This document shows, one piece after another, positions 14,325 to 27,838 of a DNA stretch of 64,000 nt (position 1 is the stretch's first letter; each line of letters begins with the position of its first letter). A program made the translations under genes and the position numbers. The stretch is from positions 77,376,001 through 77,440,000 of the forward strand of contig OX597815.1 of NCBI GenBank assembly GCA_951406725.2, read 5' to 3'. The stretch is from Octopus vulgaris. Taxonomy: Eukaryota. A model generated the notes under the pieces. That model saw only the letters and a program-made list of their open reading frames with translations, was not told the origin of the DNA and did no database searches.

Positions 14325-14793
14325 AGAATGTATCAATAATGTCATCCTAATAAACATAGAAATTAAAAAAAGAACTCAGCTCAAGATGTATAATTGCCTC
14401 CTAAGCTCAACCACACTGCATATCCTCTGCAGTGATTAATGAATTATCAGATAAGGAAGGGTTAACATGTTTCTTTTACTGCTGTCATATAAAAAACGGC
14501 TCAGTCAATACACACTGCAAAGTAGAAATGAGCAGAGAAAGCATACAGTTGTGATATCTCTTTAGTCACGTCTTGTCTTGGTGAGGAATTATTAACTGCC
14601 CTAATACTGATGTCATGAGAAAATGCACCCCAGTACTCTCTGTAAAGTGGTTGACAGTAAGAAAGGTGTCTAACTGAAGAATCCAAGCTGTGAAATGATA
14701 CACAGAAGGACCAGTCTATGATGACTCATTCAACCCATACCAGCAGGGTAAATGGATGTACAACACTGCTGCTGTTGCTGCTGATAATGATGA

Positions 14794-14829
<36 letters not shown>

Positions 14830-15414
14830 ACACACACACACACATTTAAATGTTATTGTCATCATCATGTTAATCTTCACTTTTCTATGCTTGCATGGGT
14901 CTGATAGAATTTGTTGAGACGGATTCTATGCCCTTCCTCTCTCTAACCTTCATAATTTGTTTCCAAGCATGATAATACTTCCCCATAATTAAGCATGTTT
15001 TCCATAGGAGATTAGAAATAAAAAGATATTACCTGTATGATGGTAACACTCATTTACAACTATGATGTGATGACAGCACATGCACGCATGCAGCCATTGA
15101 TATGGCAAGCTTCTTTCTTTCTGTCTACAAAATTCATTCACAAGACTATGTTTAGCCTGGGGCTATAATAGAAGAAACTTAGCCAAGATACCACACAGAA
15201 GAATGAACCTAAAAGCACGTGGTTTCAGGAAGTGTGTCTGGTCCTGGGGGAAATATTACCTAACTTGAGGACAAGCAAGAGTTGATATCAAGAAGGGCAT
15301 CCATGTAAAGCTGGAAAAGTGGATATGAAAAAGAAAAAGGTGGTGGTGGTGGTGGTGTATGTATGTATGTATGTGTGGTTGAGTGTGCATATATGTGTGT
15401 GCATGTGAGATAAC

Positions 15415-15815
15415 AATGATGTCAACAACAAAGATGATGGTGATAGCAATGCAGATAATGATGATGATGAGAATGATGACAATGGTGACAACGGCAATGA
15501 TGACAACAATGATAACAATAATGGCAACAATGATGACAATGATGATGACAATGACGATGATGGTGGTGGTGGTGGTTGTGGTGGTGGTGGTGACAGTGGT
15601 GGTGGTGGTTGTGGTGGTGATGATGGTTGTGGTGGTGGTGGTGTGGTGGTGGTGGTGGTTGTGGTTGTGGTTGTGGTGTTGGTGGTGGTGGTGTTGGTGA
15701 TGGTGTAGTGGTGGTGGTGGTAGTGGTGGTGGTGTTGTTGTTGGTGGTGGTGTTGTTGGTGATGGTTGTGGTGGTGATGGTTGTGGTGGTGGTGGTGGTG
15801 GTGTGGTGGTGGTAT
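15415..15815. repeat. (GAT/GAC/AAT)n grading into (GGT)n degenerate trinucleotide array
   Basis: Direct inspection. Confidence 0.9.
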
Positions 15816-15863
15816 ATGAAGGGTGATGAGAAAAATACTTACTGGTGTATGTATTTATTTTTC

Positions 15864-16080
15864 ATTTCTTTATTGCCCACAGGGTGCTAAACATATAGTG
15901 GACAAACAAAAGGTTTAAGTCAATTACACCGACCCTCAGTGCGTAACTGGTACTTATTTAATCGACCCTGAAAGGATGAAAGGCAAAGTCAACCTCGGCG
16001 GAGTTTGAACTCAGAACGTAACGGCAGACGAAATACCGCTAAGCATTTCACCCGGCGTGCTAACGATTCTGCTAGCTCGC
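15864..16080 (-). mobile_element. SINE family B, young copy
   Basis: CpG-retaining copy of the family-B consensus. Confidence 0.9.
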
Positions 16081-16257
16081 ATATTCAATACATACTGGTG
16101 TATGTATTGAATATGAACAGTGTGTGTATAAGAGTTGCTCTGCTGTGCTATTTCTGTGGCTGATTGCCAAGAAACCATAGCTTTAAATGTACTAAAATGT
16201 ATTGTCATAATTAGCAATATGTAACATGGAGCTGTTATTCTTTACTGAGCAAACAGA

Positions 16258-16820
16258 CATTTGTTTCAAGTAGGACTACATTAGCTGATGTGTCCTTCTT
16301 TTGCTTTAAAGAGCAAGGTGTGATCTGAGAGAAATTTGGTTGTTATTTCTAGCAATCTGAATAACTACTCATTGGTTATATTAACTTTTGTTTCAAGCTT
16401 AGTGTGTGTAGGACTACATTAGCTGATGTGTCCTTCATTTGTTTTTAAACCGCAGGGTGTAATTTGAGAGAGATTTGGTTGTTATTTCTAGCAATCTGAA
16501 CAGCTACTTATTAACTGCATTGTTTAACTTTTGTTTCAAGCTTAGTGTATGTGGGACTACATTATCTAATGTGTCTTTGTTTTGTTTTTAAACAGCAGGT
16601 TGTGATTTGTGATTTGAGAGAGATTCGGTTGCTATTTCTATCAAGCTGAGCAACTACTCATTGGCTGCATTGTTTAACTTTTGTTTCAGGCACAATGTAT
16701 GTAGGATCACATTATCTAATGTGTCCTTCCTTTCTTTTAAAACAGCAGTGTGTAATTTTGAAAGAGACCTGGTTGTTATTTCTAGCAGGCTGAGTAGCTA
16801 CGTATTGGCTACGTTTTTCA
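16258..16820 (+). repeat. Tandem array of four diverged ~130-150-bp units
   Basis: TTGTTTCAAG..TAGGACTACATTA..GAGAGA.TTGGTTGTTATTTCTAGCA recurs near 16261, 16389, 16531 and 16681. Confidence 0.9.
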
Positions 16821-17688
16821 GGGTTTTAAGCGACATCAGTTAGCAGTTTTAAAAGTTGATCAAAACCATATTTAAATCTATGAAATCATTGATTGCCTTC
16901 ATTTTTAATTCACTGTCTAAAACAGTAGGTTGTTATCTCCAGTCCATCACAAATATTTCACACCAGACATTTTACCAACAGCCGCATTACCTACTTAGGC
17001 TCTGCAGCCATTAATTAGACTAGTCTTTACAGTCTTTGATTAGACTGGTCTTAATAAACTTTAATTAGTTTTGTGTTTCATTGGCAGTTAAATTAGACAA
17101 TACTCCCAGTCACTTATAAACTAACCTTTACATGTTGCCTATGACTATCTTGGCAACTTTCATTCAATGTAATTTTTATTGGTTACATCTTAAAATGCAA
17201 TTGGTTACTGCTACTACTACAAATACAACTGCTGCTGCTGCTGCTACTACAAATAATGCTGCTGCTGTTATTGCTGCAGCTGCTGTTGCTGCTGCTGTTA
17301 TTGCTGCTGCTGCTACTGCTCTTGCTGTTACTGCTGCCGCTATTAAAAAGCCAGCTGATGTTGTCATCTTTTTTCCATCACTACTGCGCAGATAACTGCA
17401 TTCCTGCTTCAGCATGGGCACGCACACATATATACACACAATTAGATATGTATACATCTATCTATACATTTCTACCTACCTACGTACCTACCTACCTATC
17501 CACCTACCTTCTTTTCCTTTTCCTTCCTTCCTTCCTGATATATCTGTCAGTTTACCTACCTGTCTGTCTGTCTCTTAGTCTCTGTCTCTCTTTCCCTCCA
17601 GACCACTCTCTTTTTCTCTCTTCCCCACCCCTTCTCTCTGTCAGTCTGCCTGCCTGCCTATCTGTCTATCTGTCTGTCTATCTTCCTG

Positions 17689-17767
<79 letters not shown>

Positions 17768-18095
17768 GCACACACACATACACACACACACATACATACA
17801 CACACATACACACACACACACAAATATATCATCATATATATATGTCATACATATATATATGCATATGTATTTATGTATATATATTTATGTACACACACAC
17901 AAAATATATCATCATCATTTAACGCCCATTGTCCATACTAGCATGGGTTGGACAGTTTGACCAGAGCTGGTAAGCTGGAAGGCTGCATCAAACTTCAGTC
18001 CGATTTGGCATGGTTTTCTGTGGCTAGATGTCCTACCTAACGCCAATCACTCTGAGAGTGTAATGGGTGCTTTTATGTGCCATATATGTATAAAT

Positions 18096-18146
<51 letters not shown>

Positions 18147-18407
18147 CACACACTCATATATATAGGATGTGCCTGTGACCCAGCCAACCTATACTGTCAA
18201 AGGTTAGATGGGTCATCATGAACCAAATCAGTTCTTATTGCATACATACTTCCCTTTTTTTCTATTTCTTTCTATAGCAGGATGCGCTTCCTAACACCAA
18301 CACTTTACAAGAGTGTATACAATTCAATTTACTGTGACACTAGCATTAGAAAAGATAGGGGTGAGAGTAAGTGAAAAATATGTAAGTATTAGCCTTTTGT
18401 ACGAGAC

Positions 18408-18524
18408 TGCCCTGAAGATATCTGGTCACTGTGTTGTTATTTTTTACATCTAAAACTCTTAACATGGTTGAAACCCTCTGAAGCACTGTTTACTTAGTGA
18501 CCAGATTGAAACATGTGTAGGCAC
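18408..18524 (+). ncRNA. Minimal type I hammerhead ribozyme with long stem II (Penelope-like)
   Basis: Stem I UGCC/GGCA; core CUGAAGA; stem II AUCUGGUCACU/AGUGACCAGAU; GAAAC-AUGU-GUA. Confidence 0.8.
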
Positions 18525-18755
18525 TTCATACACTTATTTTATGTTAATATGTGTTCATTTAAATTTTATTTGTATTAAACTATTTACTATGTTCTTATTG
18601 TGATACAAATAAAATAAGTAACCACAATATTTTTTCTCTGTTTTCTTATAGTAATGAAATATATATTTTATGTTTTGTGAAATTTGATTTAGTATTTCTA
18701 AATTGAATTTTTCCCAGTAAGTTTGGAATAATATTCCCTCATATTATTATTATTA

Positions 18756-18848
<93 letters not shown>

Positions 18849-18864
18849 GTATGTATGTATATAA

Positions 18865-18896
<32 letters not shown>

Positions 18897-19023
18897 ATTA
18901 TATACATACATATGTATATTATATATATATTTATATACGCACACCTATATATACATATATATACACATACACACACATGTATATATATACACACACACAT
19001 ACACACAGACACACACACACTCA

Positions 19024-19086
<63 letters not shown>

Positions 19087-19115
19087 CAAAATAAGCAACA
19101 GGATATCAAGAGGTG

Positions 19116-19203
19116 ATGCAGTACAACCGTTTCATGCAGCTCCATTTAATTGAACAATACAATTATTACATCAATTTAAATGCACGGCTATCTTCAGCTG
19201 CAT
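19116..19203 (-). ncRNA. Type I hammerhead ribozyme
   Basis: Stem I AUGCAG/CUGCAU (6 bp); CUGAAGA; long imperfect stem II; GAAAC-GGUU-GUA. Confidence 0.8.
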
Positions 19204-19714
19204 AAATAAATTGAATTTTTTAATCAGTTGGACACATTAATATAATTTTACTCAAATTCTCTAATAGAGCAAGCAGAGGGAGAAAGTCCATGTTGCTACT
19301 AATGTGACTCAGAATATACTACACTTCTAAGAATTGTATGAAGTTTGTTAGGGTCACAGCTTGTAATTGATTGTGGTTCATTTTTGTTTATTATTTTTTT
19401 TATCAACTACCAAATCTAAGGCTAGAGGACAGTGTCTGTTTAAAATGGATAGACAGAGTGAGTTGACAGTTTATAGTTGGGTATAGTCATAAATATTGTC
19501 AGGAAATTAGGAAATGTGTAATTGTCTATAAAGGAGGCTGGATAAGGGAAGATCCTAAATCAAGATATTAATAACCAGTTAAAGGGGCAAGACACTAATA
19601 AAACTTATGATGTTAATATAAAGGTAATTATCATGGGGTACAATGGATGATTGTATATAAACAATATTGTTATGTTGTATGAAGATAAAATTTAAGATTA
19701 CTAAAATGATATTA

Positions 19715-19858
19715 TAACGAGAGGCAAAAAACCTCAAAACTATAGTCCGTGCGTATCATTTAGGTTTATGAGAGGGGATGAATTCCCTTTGTGAATATCA
19801 TAAGGGCACAGAAAGTGTGTCTAAAGCCAGCTGGAGACGATGATCTCCTGGGGCTAAA
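19715..19858 (+). ncRNA. Decayed hammerhead plus three-hairpin module
   Basis: UAACGA-GAGG-CAAAAAA-CCUC-AAAAC-UAUA-GUC (CpG-decayed core), then hairpins AGGGGA/UUCCCU, GGCAC/GUGUC and AGCC..GGAGA/UCUCC..GGCU. Confidence 0.6.
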
Positions 19859-20837
19859 AGCTTCAGTAACACCCACCCTTAGTGGTTAGCCATATTGAGA
19901 TGGCTAGTATACTTTATGATATTATAACCAGAATAGATAAACTGTGTATATATACAGATTTTCAACATTAGAAAGGGACGATTACATAGTTTAATATTCA
20001 TTCCTGTACTTAATTATTTACTTATAAGGTAGTTTCTATAAAGATTGCTCTGGGTATTTACTTATGGAATACTGGGGCGATAAATCATGCTATCTTTATA
20101 TTAGTTATAAGCTAAGAATCAGAACCCCCCCCCCCGGAAAAATAAGTTGTGCACAGATACATACACATATTTAACTATGTGCACACATGCAAATATACAC
20201 AAATATTTGTACTTTATTATGGGTATGTTATAATCAACTCTTCTAGACTTAAGTAACTAGAAAGTTTATATTGCTCTTTAAGAACATTAATAACTTATAA
20301 GAAGTTAATAGGTAAAGATATCAAAATAAGAAAACAAAATAATAAGAAATTATAGAGAATAGTAAGAAAATATATATAACTTATATATAATACTAGCAGG
20401 TAAGTTCACATCATATACAACACTAAAATTAATTTCTCGTGTCTAGGTTCGAGTGCAGCACCTATAAACACTAATTTTGAAAATGTACGGGTGACCCTAT
20501 GTATACATGATACTCTTAGGTCTAATCTATTATTAATTAGGTTGCTCTTGTCCCTATACTTGAAAATTTCATAAGTTTCCATAGAGCACAGCTAGCACCT
20601 GTACCAACTATCTTTGTAAGGCTGTGCTTTCCTTATAATATTCCATTTAAGGCTGAATTTGATTCTGCTTTACTTCCATTCACAAATCTTGGTAGATAAG
20701 GACATACAATTGGCCTTGTGTATATATATGTGCATTATATGTATATGTATGTATATTATAAAGATATATATGTATATTATATATATATATATATATATGT
20801 ATGTATATTATATATACATATATGTATATATGTATAT

Positions 20838-20872
<35 letters not shown>

Positions 20873-20873
20873 A

Positions 20874-20904
<31 letters not shown>

Positions 20905-21145
20905 TTTATATATGTACTAGATGACCTCGTGCCATTAAAAATGACAGCTAATTGTAGTATTTTATACATAAAAAGGCTACAAAAGGTGGAAAAAGATCAA
21001 GCAGTGCTTCAACTCTGTGTGAGTGTGTGTGTGTGTGTGTGTATGCATACATATACATTTATATGTATGAGTAGCACAGTCTGTAGGGATTATGGTTTTC
21101 TATACTTTATCACAGCCTGCTTCCTTCCTTTTTAAGTGTGTCTGT

Positions 21146-21189
<44 letters not shown>

Positions 21190-21683
21190 GTATGTATCTA
21201 TGTATGTATGTATAAATGCACATGTACCTGTAATTCTATTTTCTATGTATATTTCTAAATAAACATAAACACATATAGACTCACTCAAATATATGAATAT
21301 ATTTTATACAAACACGCACATAGACACGCACACACACAAACATTCACATTCCACCCTTTTACACACATATACACATATACACAGAGTTGAAGCACTGTTT
21401 AATTTTTTTTCACACTTGATTTTTCACCATACCACTTCCATTGGTGGATCACCCACTTCCTTTCTTATTCATACAAAAGAGCATTATTATAGTAGGTTAT
21501 TACAGTAGAAGATACACAATGCTTTTTTTGCCACTTCCTCTCTCTCATTGCTATTACTTTCTTTCCCTCTCAGTCATAGCCATTACCCTCACTACTTCTC
21601 CTTCACAGAATTATTGTTTTCTCTCCTTTCCCTTCACCCCAACTGCATGATTTTGGACAAATATATATATATATATGTATGTA

Positions 21684-21741
<58 letters not shown>

Positions 21742-21799
21742 TGTGTGTGTGTATATATACAAATATATAAAAACACTATGCTCATTATTATATTAGGAG

Positions 21800-21847
<48 letters not shown>

Positions 21848-21962
21848 ATATATATATGTATGTATGTCTATATATATTTATGTATATATATATATGTATA
21901 TATATATATATGTATATTTATTTTGTATATATATATATTTTATTTATAAATGTATATATATT

Positions 21963-21997
<35 letters not shown>

Positions 21998-22084
21998 GTT
22001 ATATATATGTATATATTTTATATATATTTATATATTTGTTGTGCAAGATTATTTTATGTATAGTCGTGTGTTGAAACAGATATT

Positions 22085-22659
22085 GTTATATTTTGGAATG
22101 GTCATTTTGCCAGTTTAGCCAATAAAAACACACGCACTATATATTTGGTGTTATTTTGCTTCAGTGTTATTTATTTTTTACATTAATCTTAATCTTATTT
22201 CGGCCAGAGTTCTTTCGTCACACTCCTGTGACCACATCAGTGGTCCTTTGTTTTCTTCTTTCTTATTTGTGTCTCTCCTTACTAACCGTCAGCCATTTTG
22301 TATTTCTATTGTATGTCTTCATTTGCGCATGCTTATATCTCTATGTGTGTTTAAGTTTATTTAGTGTGTGTGTGGGGGGATGCCTGTAATATTTGTATCT
22401 TCTGAGATATAAGCATGCGCAATGAAGACATACAATAGAAATACAAAATGGCTGACGGTTAGTAAGGAGAGACACAAATAAGAAAGAAGAAAACAAAGGA
22501 CCACTGATGCAGTCACAGGAGTGTGACGAAAGAACTCTGCCCGAAATAAGATGAAGATTAATGTAAAAAATAAATAACACTGAAGCAAAGTAACACCAAA
22601 TATATAGTGCATGTGTTTTTATTGGCTAAACTGGCAAAATGACCATTCCGAAATATAAC
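22085..22659. repeat. Long inverted repeat (~257-bp arms, 62-bp spacer), Penelope-like inverted pseudo-LTR
   Basis: 22085-22341 is the reverse complement of 22404-22659; each arm has an HHR-like motif; flanked by (TA)n. Confidence 0.92.
22498..22542 (+). ncRNA. Variant hammerhead-like motif (mirror copy 22202-22246 on the minus strand)
   Basis: GGACCA-CUGAUG(CA/UG)-GUCAC-AGGAGU-GUGAC-GAAAG-AA-CUC-UG(G)CC; non-canonical at A9. Confidence 0.55.
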
Positions 22660-23213
22660 TATATTTTATATATATATGTATATATATTTTACGTATATAT
22701 ATATGCATACATACATATACACACATATATATATGTATGCATGTATTTGTGTGTGTCTTTGTGTCTGTGTTTGTTCTCTCACCATCACTTGACAACCTAT
22801 GTTGGTATGTTTATGTCCCCTTAACTTAACAGTTTGACGAAAGAGACCAAGAGAATAAGTACTAAGCTTACAAAGTATAAGTCCTTGGGTCGATTTCTTT
22901 GACTAAAAACACTTTAAGGATGTGCTCCAACATGGCCGCCATCCAATAACTGAAACAAATGAAAGAATGTGTGTGTATGTGTGTGTATAATGCCTCTACT
23001 ATAATTTGTATAATATATATTGTATTTCATAAATATTGTATTTCATAAATATTGTATATACATCCAATAGTAATAGTTACTCAAATATAAATACACATGT
23101 AATAAACTGATACACATATATAAACATATAGCTACATGTGTTTGACAACATACACACACACACATATATATTCATATATGTATGTGAGTGTATGTGTGTG
23201 CATGTATATATAA

Positions 23214-23278
<65 letters not shown>

Positions 23279-24249
23279 TGTATATGTATACACACACCAC
23301 ATACATACATATATACATATACACACATGTGTGTATAGATTCTCTCAGTCTCTATCTCTGTCACCCCATCTTCCCCTCTGTACTGCAGGCTATTCTTCTT
23401 CTCTTCTTCTTCCTCCTCGTCCTCTTTCTCCACTTCCTCTTCCTCAAACTCTTTTCCTTTCCACTAACCACCTCCATCCTATAGATTCTTTCTTCCCACA
23501 TATTTCTCTAAACTAACCATATGGGAAAGATCCCAGCCATACACCCACTGTTTTAATAAAGGCAATTCCCTATTTCTCACTCCCACAGTCCCCAACTTTA
23601 GCCCAAAACTTGTTCAATGGGGAAGCCATTATACAATCAACCACTCTGCTAGATGTAGCAGTCAAATAACTCCCTTCAATCTTAAATCTAACATCACCAC
23701 CACAACCATCACAACTACTATCACAAACACCAACACCGCAGGCTACCACTACTAACATCACCACCACCACTGCTGCAGCCGCCGCCGCCGCCACCGCCAC
23801 CACTACTACCACTACCACCACCATCAGCATCACCTCCCCACTATCATCACCTCCATCACCAATATATATACTCCTATTGTGACCAATAAAATCACCAACA
23901 TAACCACTACACTCACCACCTTCACCCATATTTCTACCATCATCTCTACAACCACCATGGTCATCATCCACAACAAGAGAATCTTTGTGATCTCTGAATC
24001 TACTAGAAATAGTAGCTAATCTCCCTCAAATCACATTGTACTGTCTTAAAAAGGGGAAGAATGCTTTGGTTAAGGTTGTCATGGTTGCATTTATTAAAAT
24101 GTGATGGCCACAAATGGGATGTCTGTGATCAGTGGTCTGGTCGCTCAGGATTGACTTAGTGTTGAATTCCACCAACAACAATGGTGATAATCAACAAGAA
24201 CAGTGTCAACCTCAAACGACATCTGTAGTAGTACCTGGCCATTCTTTAT

Positions 24250-24715
24250 ATTACTGCTACTACTACTACTATTACTACTATTACTACTACTACTAATAAT
24301 AATAATAACACTGACACCACTACCATAATCATCATCACCACCATCACCACCACTACAATCAGCATCACCACCACCACCACCACCACCACCATCACTACCA
24401 CCACCACCACCACCACCACCACCACCACCACTACCACCACAACCACCACCACCACCACCACAACCATCACTACCACTACTACCACCACCACCATCACTAC
24501 TACTACTGCCACCATGATGACGACGATGACGACCACCATCATCATCACCTCCACCACTATCATCACCTCCACCACCATCAGCATCACCACCAGCATCATC
24601 ACCACTATAACCACCACCACCTCCACCACCACCGCCACCACCACCACCACTACCACCACCATCAGCATCACCTCCATCACCACCACCACAATTTCTACCA
24701 CCAGCATCACTTCTG
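24250..24715. repeat. (ACT/ATT)n-(ACC/ATC)n degenerate trinucleotide array
   Basis: Direct inspection. Confidence 0.9.
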
Positions 24716-25266
24716 CCAACAAGAACATTCCATATCATATGGCCACTCCACTTATTTCCACAAAGATCTATAAGTGAAGGAATGGAGATGTGGAAAACAG
24801 TTGTTCTCCATCCCCTTTCCCCACCTACACACAGGCTTTACTGTTTCTCAGCCACCACCACCATCACCACCACCACTACCATTATAACGCCTACTCTGTC
24901 CATAACAACACCGTTGCTCTGGTCACTAGATTCATTATCACTGATAGCTTAAGTCTCAGTTTATGTCAACCTCCATCGCTATTCGCTTCACAACCCACAC
25001 ATTTATTTACATTGATTAATAATATACACACATACACACACATAGAAAGCCCACACGTGTACACACATATGCGTCCGCACACACACACACAGAGTCACAC
25101 ACTCTTTATATTATTAGAAAATATGTTGCATTTTTATGGACATTCTCCCTAGAGTCTTCAAAATCTTAAATATTTGTGTGTCTACATATCTGCTTATTTA
25201 TTTCTTTATTTATCTATCTAACTGTCTATCTATCTATCTGACTATCGGTCTGTCTGCCTGTCTATA

Positions 25267-25376
<110 letters not shown>

Positions 25377-25395
25377 TACACACAGACACACACAC

Positions 25396-25436
<41 letters not shown>

Positions 25437-25437
<1 letters not shown>

Positions 25438-26314
25438 TCCCGTGTCAGGCCGAAGAACGAAATGTTTCCAAGATAAGAGTCTTTCTAATCTAATGTTGTG
25501 GTTGAGCTGTTTTGTTTGTTTATTAGTTATTATTATTATTACTATTATTAGTACTAGTATTGTCCCTTTGATCCCCTGGTCGACAGTTTGCTTATTATTA
25601 TTATAATTATTATTATTACTATTTTCAGCTTCGCCTCGTATTGCATATTATTTCTCCATACAGGGTTTTTTTTTCAATGGCGGCCCATTTTTGCGGGGTT
25701 CTACTGTTCTTCTCTATCTATCTCTCTCTCTCCCTTTCTCACGTTGTCTGCCATTCCCCCCTTCCATTGCTAAGAGCATTTCTAAGCCAGCCCGTCAGTT
25801 CAACCTTCGTATATTCCCGGTGCACCCGCCCTTGCCCACCTCCACCACCAATACCGGATATCTCTATATTTTTGCTCCATCTATACCGGATGTCGCTTCT
25901 CCCACCACCATTATAGGTGTCTACTCTTCGAACCCCCCTCTTCAATACGCTATTTCACCATGCATTACCCCTCTCTTGATATCCTACGTTCTACTTGCCT
26001 AGAACCTGTCATCATTTCTCTGAACTACCCCTCCCCACTGGTGCTCCCCTATATATTTCTGCCCTCCCCCACATAAAAGCACCATCCGAACGTGGCCGAT
26101 GCCAGACCCCTCTGGCACCTGTGCAGGTGGCACGTAAAAACACCCACTACACTCGCGGAGTGGTTGGCGTTAGGAAGGGCATCCAGCTGTAGAAACACTG
26201 CCAGACTAGACTGGAGCCTGGGGCAGTCCCGAGCTCCCCAGACCCCGGTCGAAACCGTCCAACCCGTGCTAGCGCAGAAAACGGACGTTAAACGATGATG
26301 ATGATGATGATGAT
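25437..26314 (+). mobile_element. Young non-coding retroelement with RTE-family 3' tail
   Basis: CpG-rich; ends GGAAGGGCATCCAGCTGTAGAAAC...GGACGTTAAAC(GAT)n; internal segment homologous to 35980-36180. The 5' limit is uncertain. Confidence 0.7.
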
Positions 26315-26404
26315 ACACACACACACACAATATTAAGAATTTGAGTGAATCAGGTACTTAAATGATTCGAGTGTGTATAATACTAATCAATGTAATATAT
26401 AGAT

Positions 26405-26550
26405 ATTTCCTTGTTTCTTTCTGTGTTCCTTTCTGTGGAAGACTGTAGGCTTGAAATGTTAAAGACTTTTTCACTTCCCGAGCATTAAACTAATACATCT
26501 GTTTGTTGTCTACACCACCTGTCTTCGTCTTTTGTTTTTTTGTGAATTCT

Positions 26551-26555
<5 letters not shown>
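26405..26555 (+). mobile_element. Short Penelope-like pseudo-LTR end with degenerate HHR
   Basis: CTGTGGAAGACTGTAGGCTTGAAATGTTAAAGAC...CACCTGTCTTCGTCTTTTG then (TA)n; related copies near 6820-6950, 27950-28060, 29375-29425 and 50040-50100. Confidence 0.55.
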
Positions 26556-26603
<48 letters not shown>

Positions 26604-27020
26604 AAATATAATTGTAAGCTTTCATTGTATATTGACCATAGAAAATAGTCTGATAAACACCCCCCCCACACACACCCATTCACATACATACGTTCATAAA
26701 GATAGGTAATAGAAAAATAGATAGATAGATAGATATAATCATTATTATCATTTAAGAGCTATATCCTATGTTTCTATGCTGGTATGGGTTTGACGGTTTG
26801 ACAGGATCTGATGGATCCAAGGACTGCACTGTGCACCAGTGTCTATTTTGACTTAGTTTCTACAGCTGGATACCCTTCTTAATGTCAATCACTTTACTGC
26901 ATGTAATGGGTGCTCTTTTGTGCCACCAGTACCACTGAAACCACTATGCAGCTTGCAGAACTATGAACCCCAGGGAAGGTGAAGGTCAGCTCCTTTATGC
27001 TAGAGGATAAGTGGTTAAAG

Positions 27021-27265
27021 CAATAGTTCTCAACCAGGCCCTTAGGGGTCCATATAAGATTTTGTTGTTGAAATTTATGTGCAATAAACTGCTTATATTT
27101 CTACAATACACAAAATATTTAAACAATTTTTTAATACAATTTTTAATAATATTTAATTATAAATATATAATAGGATTTTTTAAACATTGAATGACTAGGA
27201 GGGCCAATCCAAATAAAATAGGAATCAAAGGGTCCAGAGGTGGGAAAATGGTTGAGAAATACCGG
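27021..27265. mobile_element. hAT-like MITE
   Basis: Termini CAATAGTTCTCAACC / GGTTGAGAAATACCG resemble CAGTGGTTCTCAACC-type hAT inverted repeats. Confidence 0.6.
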
Positions 27266-27626
27266 ATTGAAATATGAGAAAAGAAGGTTTCAGTGCAGGT
27301 TCTTGTAGTGGATCTGCAAGGCTTCTTCTGCAAGTAGGAGAGAGAAAGAGAAAGAGAGAAAAGAGGAATGATCAGTAGCAGCTGCAAAGTGACAGACAGA
27401 GCTGATGAGGTACCCAGGTGGATCCACAAGGTAAGTCATAATGTGAGAAGTGGGTGGGAGGTTTGCAATACTGTATGATGAGCAGGAGATGAGTAGATGG
27501 GGAGGCAGACTGCAGCAGTAAAACTGGGTAGGTTACAAGGGTGGTTGACCAATGAGCCGTTAGTTGGAGAAAGAGAGATGCAGAAGACAGCAGAGTGAGA
27601 GGAGGGTGGCAAGATAGTAATGATGA

Positions 27627-27838
27627 AATGTTAGCATGCCGGACGAAATGCTTAGCGGTATTTCGTCTGCCGTTACGTTCTGAGTTCAAATCCCGCCGAG
27701 GTCGACTTTGCCTTTCATCTTTCAGGGTCGATAAATTAAGTTCCAGTTACACACTGGGGTCGATCTAATCAACTTAATCCCTTTGTCTGTCCTTGTTTGT
27801 CCCCTCTATGTTTAGCCCCTTGTGGGCAATAAAGAAAT
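27627..27838 (+). mobile_element. SINE family B with 16-bp target-site duplication
   Basis: AAGATAGTAATGATGA at 27611-27626 and 27839-27854. Confidence 0.93.

Larger units (their letters stand above)
19085..20716 (-). mobile_element. Penelope-like element 3' portion (GIY-YIG region C-terminus, long 3' region, terminal HHR)
   Basis: Minus strand ~20716-20470 reads NCMSLSTKICEWK*SRIKFSLKWNIIRKAQPYKDSWYRC*LCSMETYEIF...LINNRLDLRVSCIHR, matching the Penelope endonuclease tail pattern LS..IW.LK...W.I..KA.PY....C.LC..E...LN.R....C.H. Confidence 0.8.

Noticed and set aside
19815-19858. Hairpin module as a twister or HDV-like ribozyme
   Set aside because: Neither strand shows the conserved twister or HDV pseudoknot cores by eye; left as an unclassified motif.
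24145-24777. Gly-, Val- or Thr-rich ORFs
   Set aside because: All frames stay open because of (ACC)n repeats; there is no splice or domain evidence.
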